Below, piece by piece: positions 59,025 to 64,000 of a stretch of 64,000 bases of DNA. Under the pieces are notes generated by a model, which saw only the letters and a list, made by a program, of their open reading frames with translations, made no database searches and was not told the origin of the DNA. The stretch comes from Planctomycetota bacterium (lineage in GTDB: Bacteria; Planctomycetota; Planctomycetia; Planctomycetales; Planctomycetaceae), in the NCBI GenBank assembly GCA_041161565.1, contig JBEAUF010000156.1, positions 9,916 to 73,915 of the forward strand. The letters are read 5' to 3'. Positions within the stretch are counted from its first letter, which is position 1. Every line of letters begins with the position of its first letter. The position numbers and the translations under genes are program-made.

Positions 59025-59301
59025 CAGGCTAAACTCCCGAAAACCCAGGAAAACATCAGCCCATCCTACGAGTTGGATTGAAGCCCGCCGATGAGCAGAT
59101 TCCCAGCCCTCGCTTGCGACCAGATCGCAGTCCACCCAGCGATTACCCGCATCCGAGCTTCCCCGGGGCCGTTTGTAGGGACTGCAGGCACTGGCGCAAA
59201 AAAACGCTCCGCACCGAAGTATCGAGCTTTTCCAGCGCGGACAAAACTGCTGAATTGATCCCTGACTAACGTCGATCCCTCTGCCAGAAGGAGATCAAAC
59301 C

Positions 59302-59493
59302 ATGCTTGTACTGTCCCGTCAGAGCGACGAAGCAATCATTATTGGTGACAATATCCGCGTAACCATCGTGGAAGTGCGGGGCGACAAGGTGCGGATCGGC
59401 ATTGATGCCCCCAGGGATGTCACTGTTCACCGCCAGGAAATCTACGACGCCATTCGACGCGATTCCGCCGGGCGCGAAGCCCGCAGCAACTGA
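59302..59493 (+). CDS. csrA: carbon storage regulator CsrA
   Basis: 63 aa: MLVLSRQSDEAIIIGDNIRVTIVEVRGDKVRIGIDAPRDVTVHRQEIY is near-canonical CsrA. AAGGAG lies 8 nt upstream. Confidence 0.95.
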   Translation: MLVLSRQSDEAIIIGDNIRVTIVEVRGDKVRIGIDAPRDVTVHRQEIYDAIRRDSAGREARSN

Positions 59494-59526
59494 ACTATCG
59501 GCACATTCGTATTGTTTTCACTTGTC

Positions 59527-59554
59527 GGCCTGTGCGGATCTCTCCACGCAGGCC
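59527..59554 (+). terminator. possible csrA terminator hairpin (weak U-tract)
   Basis: GGCCTGTGCGGA-tctc-TCCACGCAGGCC is a 12-bp stem with one mismatch and one G-T pair, 34 nt after the csrA stop. It is followed only by GTTAGCGTTTCC, so termination activity is uncertain. Confidence 0.4.
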
Positions 59555-59583
59555 GTTAGCGTTTCCAAACGCCCCGCCGGAGC

Positions 59584-60717
59584 ATGCGGATGCAGTGCAG
59601 ACCCATTGTTGCCCTCCTGCTTGGGCTCTCATTTATTGCACCATCAGCAGTCGGTCTCACTCACCCCCCTGCAGGCTCATCTGGCAACGTAAAAACCGTC
59701 GCCGGCAATGGAAAGGATGCACCACTGCAACTCGGGGCAGACGCCCTGCAGACTGCTGTTGCGCAGCCCTTCGGGCTTGTAATCGGGCCGGATGGAGCAC
59801 TCTACGTCTGCGAAGTTGGATCGCATGTCATTCGCCGAATTGATCTCAGCACAGGACAGTCGCAGGTCGTTGCCGGGAGTGGCAGGAAAGGCTACCGGGG
59901 AGATGGTGGTCCGGCCGTTTCTGCTGATCTGAACGAACCCTATGAGGTGCGTTTTGATGCAGACGGCAATCTGCTGTTTGTCGAGATGCAGAATCACGTA
60001 GTACGCCGCGTGGACGCGAAGACCTCAGTTATCTCCACAGTTGCCGGTACCGGCAAACCAGGCTTCTCCGGTGACGGTGGCCCGGCGACCACAGCCGAAC
60101 TTCGCCAGCCACATTCCATCGCCCTCGATCAGGCTGGTGATCTCTACATCTGCGATATTGGTAACCATCGAATTCGACGTGTTGACAGCCGGACAGGGGT
60201 GATTTCCACCTTTGCAGGAACCGGAGATCGTGGACCGACTCCCGATGGGGCAGCGCTGGACGGGACTCCACTGAATGGCCCACGAGCACTCGATTTCGAC
60301 GGTCGGAATTCCCTGTTTCTGGCGTTGCGTGAAGGAAATGCCCTGTTCCGCATCGACCTTGAAAAACGCACGCTGCACCACCTGGCCGGCACCGGAAAAA
60401 GTGGCTACTCCGGAAACGGTGGACCGGCCCGCAACGCTCAACTTGCAGGGCCCAAGGGTGTGGCGGTTTCGGCGAGCGGGGATGTCTGGTTTGCTGACAC
60501 CGAAAGCCACACCATTCGCGTATACCGCTCCCGCAGAAGCATCGTTGAAACAGTCGTCGGCGACGGCATACGAGGGAACGGTCCTGATGGTGCGCCGCTC
60601 AACTGCAGACTGGATCGACCGCACGGAGTCTTCGTGGCTCAGGATGGAAGACTATTTATCGGAGACAGTAATAACCACCGCGTGAGAGAACTGCAGTTGC
60701 CGGATGGTAGCTGGTAG
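59584..60717 (+). CDS. NHL-repeat six-bladed beta-propeller protein (secreted)
   Basis: 377 aa with signal peptide MRMQCRPIVALLLGLSFIAPSAVG. The blades repeat as G(D/N)GGPA...L..P.G.....G.L.I.D..NH.IRRV. Confidence 0.85.
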   Translation: MRMQCRPIVALLLGLSFIAPSAVGLTHPPAGSSGNVKTVAGNGKDAPLQLGADALQTAVAQPFGLVIGPDGALYVCEVGSHVIRRIDLSTGQSQVVAGSGRKGYRGDGGPAVSADLNEPYEVRFDADGNLLFVEMQNHVVRRVDAKTSVISTVAGTGKPGFSGDGGPATTAELRQPHSIALDQAGDLYICDIGNHRIRRVDSRTGVISTFAGTGDRGPTPDGAALDGTPLNGPRALDFDGRNSLFLALREGNALFRIDLEKRTLHHLAGTGKSGYSGNGGPARNAQLAGPKGVAVSASGDVWFADTESHTIRVYRSRRSIVETVVGDGIRGNGPDGAPLNCRLDRPHGVFVAQDGRLFIGDSNNHRVRELQLPDGSW

Positions 60718-60727
60718 TTGTTGATCT

Positions 60728-61477
60728 TCAGGTTCTCAACATGCGGCGAGAAAGAAGCCTGAGCACCAGGGGCAGGCAGCCCAGCAGGGCAAGCGTCAGC
60801 ATCACCTCAGGTTTTACGACACCACTCAGACCATCATCCGCAAGTTGCCTGAGAGTCGGAGCTGCAGCCCCGGCAGCAACATACACTGCCGTACCAGGCA
60901 ACATCCCCAACTGACTGGCCCACCAGAAAGTCCACAGGGGCATGCGAGTAAGACCGAGCAGCAGATTGACCATGAAGAATGGCATCAACGGTGTCAGCCT
61001 CAGCAACAGCAGGTATTGCACACCGTCCCGCTCCAGTGCCTCCTGCAGCTGCCTGATTCGCTGACCGTGGCGCTGCTGCAACTGTCGCCCCAACAGCCAC
61101 CGACTAGCCAAAAACGACAGCGAGGCACCACTGGTTGAAGCAAAACTTACGAGCAGCAGTGATGGCCAGAAGCCGAACAGCCACGCTGTCACCAGCGTTA
61201 ACCCGGCCGCAGCCGGCAGACTCAGCCCCGTGGCTGCTGTGTAGATCAGGAAAGCCAGCCCAAAGGCCAGAAATGGATGCAGGCTGCAATACGCTCGAAG
61301 TTGATCTTCGCGGGCCACCAGCTGCTCAAAACTTACCAGCGACGCCCCCAGCACAAATAAGGCTACACCCGCGGTGATCAAAGCCAGTGTCCGCAACCGT
61401 GCCCGGAAGACTTCTTTGGACGAACGCAGCCCTTGCTGTTCAGGGAGCGGAGGTAAGCTGCTGCAAGGCATCTGCAC
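60728..61477 (-). CDS. TVP38/TMEM64 (DedA-related) family membrane protein
   Basis: 249 aa (GTG 61477 or ATG 61471). The family-like core is FASTSGASLSFLASRWLLGRQL...LLLRLTPLMPFFMVNLLLGLTRMPLWTFWWASQLGMLPGT. The start overlaps the STAS gene end by 32-38 nt. Confidence 0.85.
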   Translation of the reverse strand: MQMPCSSLPPLPEQQGLRSSKEVFRARLRTLALITAGVALFVLGASLVSFEQLVAREDQLRAYCSLHPFLAFGLAFLIYTAATGLSLPAAAGLTLVTAWLFGFWPSLLLVSFASTSGASLSFLASRWLLGRQLQQRHGQRIRQLQEALERDGVQYLLLLRLTPLMPFFMVNLLLGLTRMPLWTFWWASQLGMLPGTAVYVAAGAAAPTLRQLADDGLSGVVKPEVMLTLALLGCLPLVLRLLSRRMLRT

Positions 61478-61832
61478 GCGTCTTTACCTGCTGCATACTG
61501 AAATCAATTTTGGGGTTCTCGAGCAACATCAGTGTTCTGAGCATCTCTCGCATGCTGTCGGAAAGATGACATAACACAGTCTGCCCCTGATTGCCGCGGG
61601 CTTTACGGGCAAGCCGCACAAGGATTCCCACAAAAGTCGAGCCGAAATAGTCCAGCAGCGAAAAATCGACCACCAGATGCTTCGTTCCGGGCTGACTCAG
61701 CAGACGGTAGGCTTCGTTGTAACCGTTCCGGATATCACTGTCGCGGAACTCCATGAACGGACCGTGAGCCGTGAGAATCAGAACGTCGCCGGACGATTCG
61801 AATGCAAACAACTGTTTTTCAGTCCCAGACAT
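61440..61832 (-). CDS. STAS domain protein (anti-sigma-factor-antagonist-like)
   Basis: 130 aa. The pattern HLVVDFSLLDYFGSTFVGILVRLARK...VLCHLSDSMREMLRTL follows the SpoIIAA/STAS pattern. It starts 15 nt after the upstream stop. Confidence 0.8.
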   Translation of the reverse strand: MSGTEKQLFAFESSGDVLILTAHGPFMEFRDSDIRNGYNEAYRLLSQPGTKHLVVDFSLLDYFGSTFVGILVRLARKARGNQGQTVLCHLSDSMREMLRTLMLLENPKIDFSMQQVKTRADALQQLTSAP

Positions 61833-61847
61833 CCCGCAGCATGCTCC

Positions 61848-63578
61848 TCAGCCGGACTCTGCCGGGCGTTCTGGTGCCTTCCGGATTCGATAAAGCAAAT
61901 CTTCGCCCATCTTGCCGCTGCACTTGGGGCACTTTGCCTTGGCGATCGCTTTTCCGCTCCCGCCCCCCAGTTTGCTCTTCTTGCGACCCTCTTCGCTGAT
62001 CGCCGCACCACAGGATCTGCAGCGGTATCCGCTGAGCTCCAGTTCAAACGCAGGGTCCTGCTGGTAGTACACCAGTGACTTAACGGCCTCCACCCGCGAC
62101 TGATTCACGAAACAGCTGAGCGTCTCGGTCTTCTCTGACTCAGGCACTCCGTTCTCAGTCGCCGGCAATACCAGCCCGAAGTGTTCCCTGAGACCGGAAC
62201 TGAACTGTCGCCACGCAGAAAGCGGAAACGAACAGTATGCCTGCTGGCCGGGTTCAGTGTCCACGGGCAGGAACACCGCAATCCGGCCCTCACCAAAAAT
62301 TGGCACACCGGCGAACATCGACTCCTGCACCTTGAGAATCGGCTGCACCAGTTTCAGCACCGGGATCTGCTCCGCGGGAATACTGCGGGCTTCACAATCC
62401 GCGAGCCCTGTGAACCCACCGGATGCAGCAACCTGATCGCGAACCTGACGACGAATGACGGACAGGTCCCCAGCCTTTGCGGATGCTCCGAAGCTGAGCA
62501 ATGACTTTTTCTTCTTTTCACCACCCGAGTACGAAATGATCTGCAGACCATCAGCGGTGATCGCTATGTCGGCAACGGTGTGAAGCGCCGACGCACTGCC
62601 GGGCTTCAACGTGACTGAACCTGGCGCGAGCACATGAAACCAGACATCACTGATCCATGTGACGTTTAACTGGACAGCCGGCTTTTCCTCTTTTTTTTCC
62701 GCGACCTTGCGCCGGATCTCCGGGATCTGAATTGGGTTGCGACACTGCTTGCAGCGCACCACTTTGCCCGCAAAATCCTCGTGCACACGAATCCAGGATC
62801 CGCAACTGCAGGGAACCAGCACCTGCCTCTTCTGACGCTCAGCCAGACGCTCGCTGCGTCGCCTTCGATCTTCCTGCTGCTCCTGGAGCGCTATGGCCAG
62901 CAGATCGTCAGGAGCAGGCTTGTCTGACCGCGCAGGAGCCGTGGGCTTCACGGTCTCCACACTCGCCGGTTGACCCTCTGACGGAGACTTTGCCCCCCCT
63001 GCGGGACCAGCAGTCTCAACAACACCACCCGCGGCCGCAGCCGGACGCCTGCCAGTCACCGACTGCGGCTTATCCGGCCCGTCAGAAACTGAAGGTGCAT
63101 TTTCCACCACCGACGAAGATGAGACAGAAGCCGCAGGCACTGGTGCAGAAAAACCCGCACCGCCAGCAGCAGATGCAACGTCGTCTGATAGAGTGAACTC
63201 GTCCCCGTCCTGCGCGGTACCACTCGGCACACCTGCACGCGGCGGCAGAAAATCACTGCGTTGCTCGGGAGGTATCGTGCTGTAGATGATTGGCTGAGGA
63301 TTCTCTGTCAGGTCGCGATAACGCTTCGCAATGTCCGCACGCATAAAACCATTGCAAGACCAGCAGCGCACCAGCCCCGAACGCACCATCTCGCCACAGT
63401 GCGGACATGCCTCGCGAACCTCAGAGCCTCGGGAAGAACTTGGCGCAGGCGCCTGCTGTAGCACCACCGCCGCCGTGGGACGACGCTGATAAAAGACATG
63501 CCCACACTCGGGGCACTGATCCGTGTCGGACAGGATCAGTGATTTGCACCCGGGGCAATTGCGAATAACTGCTGACAT
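61848..63578 (-). CDS. multi-zinc-ribbon protein (hypothetical)
   Basis: 576 aa. There are four CxxC...CxxC ribbons: CPGC..CPEC, CPHC..CWSC, CSC..CKQC and CRSC..CPKC. A Pro/Ala/Ser-rich linker separates them from a ~250-aa unassigned domain. Confidence 0.75.
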   Translation of the reverse strand: MSAVIRNCPGCKSLILSDTDQCPECGHVFYQRRPTAAVVLQQAPAPSSSRGSEVREACPHCGEMVRSGLVRCWSCNGFMRADIAKRYRDLTENPQPIIYSTIPPEQRSDFLPPRAGVPSGTAQDGDEFTLSDDVASAAGGAGFSAPVPAASVSSSSVVENAPSVSDGPDKPQSVTGRRPAAAAGGVVETAGPAGGAKSPSEGQPASVETVKPTAPARSDKPAPDDLLAIALQEQQEDRRRRSERLAERQKRQVLVPCSCGSWIRVHEDFAGKVVRCKQCRNPIQIPEIRRKVAEKKEEKPAVQLNVTWISDVWFHVLAPGSVTLKPGSASALHTVADIAITADGLQIISYSGGEKKKKSLLSFGASAKAGDLSVIRRQVRDQVAASGGFTGLADCEARSIPAEQIPVLKLVQPILKVQESMFAGVPIFGEGRIAVFLPVDTEPGQQAYCSFPLSAWRQFSSGLREHFGLVLPATENGVPESEKTETLSCFVNQSRVEAVKSLVYYQQDPAFELELSGYRCRSCGAAISEEGRKKSKLGGGSGKAIAKAKCPKCSGKMGEDLLYRIRKAPERPAESG

Positions 63579-63816
63579 GGCGACCGCACTGCTGACGCTG
63601 AGTCCAACCTGGGAAACCGCCGCAGGCTCGGGAAAGTTCCCTCAAATATCAACCTTCAATTCAACTCTTTACCGCATAGGGAGCCCGGAGAAAAGCACTG
63701 AATTGAACACCGGCTCCGAAAATCGGAAGTTTTTCCCCCGAAGGTGCCGTTTTCTCCAGATCGCCAACATTCTCAAAAACAAGAACACTAGAACCTGAGC
63801 CAGTTTTGCCAGGCCG

Positions 63817-64000
63817 TCACCTCGGAAGCTGCAAGGCCCCCTCGAGTGGATTAAGGCCCGGTCGCAGGTATTGGCACTTCAGGCGGCGCCCACTCGGCAA
63901 ACGCTCCGCAGCCAGAATCGCAGCCAGATTCTCGGAAGACGTGCTCTCATAGCCATCCAACCCGAGCAGAATGTCGTTTTTTCTGAGCAGGGATGCGGCA
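63817..64000 (-). CDS. C-terminal fragment of a PDZ-like domain protein (gene continues beyond the window)
   Basis: The open frame from the window edge to TGA (complement of 63817-63819) reads ...AASLLRKNDILLGLDGYESTSSENLAAILAAERLPSGRRLKCQYLRPGLNPLEGALQLPR. The motif NDILLGLDG is PDZ-like. It is not in the ORF track because the start lies outside the window. Confidence 0.45.
   Translation of the reverse strand, partial: AASLLRKNDILLGLDGYESTSSENLAAILAAERLPSGRRLKCQYLRPGLNPLEGALQLPR

Overview
64-kb chromosomal segment of roughly 57-60% GC. The gene content points to a Planctomycetota (Planctomycetia-type) genome: DUF1501, a PVC-type heme-binding dehydrogenase, a DUF1571-like protein, a multihaem cytochrome fused to LVIVD repeats, two MMPL/RND-like transporters, TPR/VWA/Ser-Thr-kinase proteins and many signal-peptide hypotheticals. 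This taxonomic call is an inference from gene content only. I call 44 protein-coding genes, one of them partial at the right edge. I see no rRNA, tRNA, CRISPR array, transposase, integrase or phage genes, and no recognisable defence system. Housekeeping anchors are purE-purK, a stand-alone fabF, punA and csrA. Several long ORFs in the track are N-terminally over-extended or are antisense shadows typical of high-GC DNA; I corrected the starts where an internal start codon with a better context exists. There are two observations I rank highest. (1) A ~180-nt non-coding element at 8429-8608 consists of four consecutive stem-loops that each display the same CCUGAGAGA-type loop motif, and it is closed by the only canonical intrinsic terminator in the window. 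I read it as a candidate novel sRNA or protein-binding leader. (2) A tightly linked pair encodes a ~700-aa beta-barrel-like protein and a 1386-aa cytochrome with ten haem sites fused to an LVIVD propeller (47492-53911), which may be a porin-cytochrome-like envelope redox module. All other findings are lower-interest oddities of gene context, duplicated domains and structured intergenic regions. Every functional call rests on motif recognition by eye. No database search was run.
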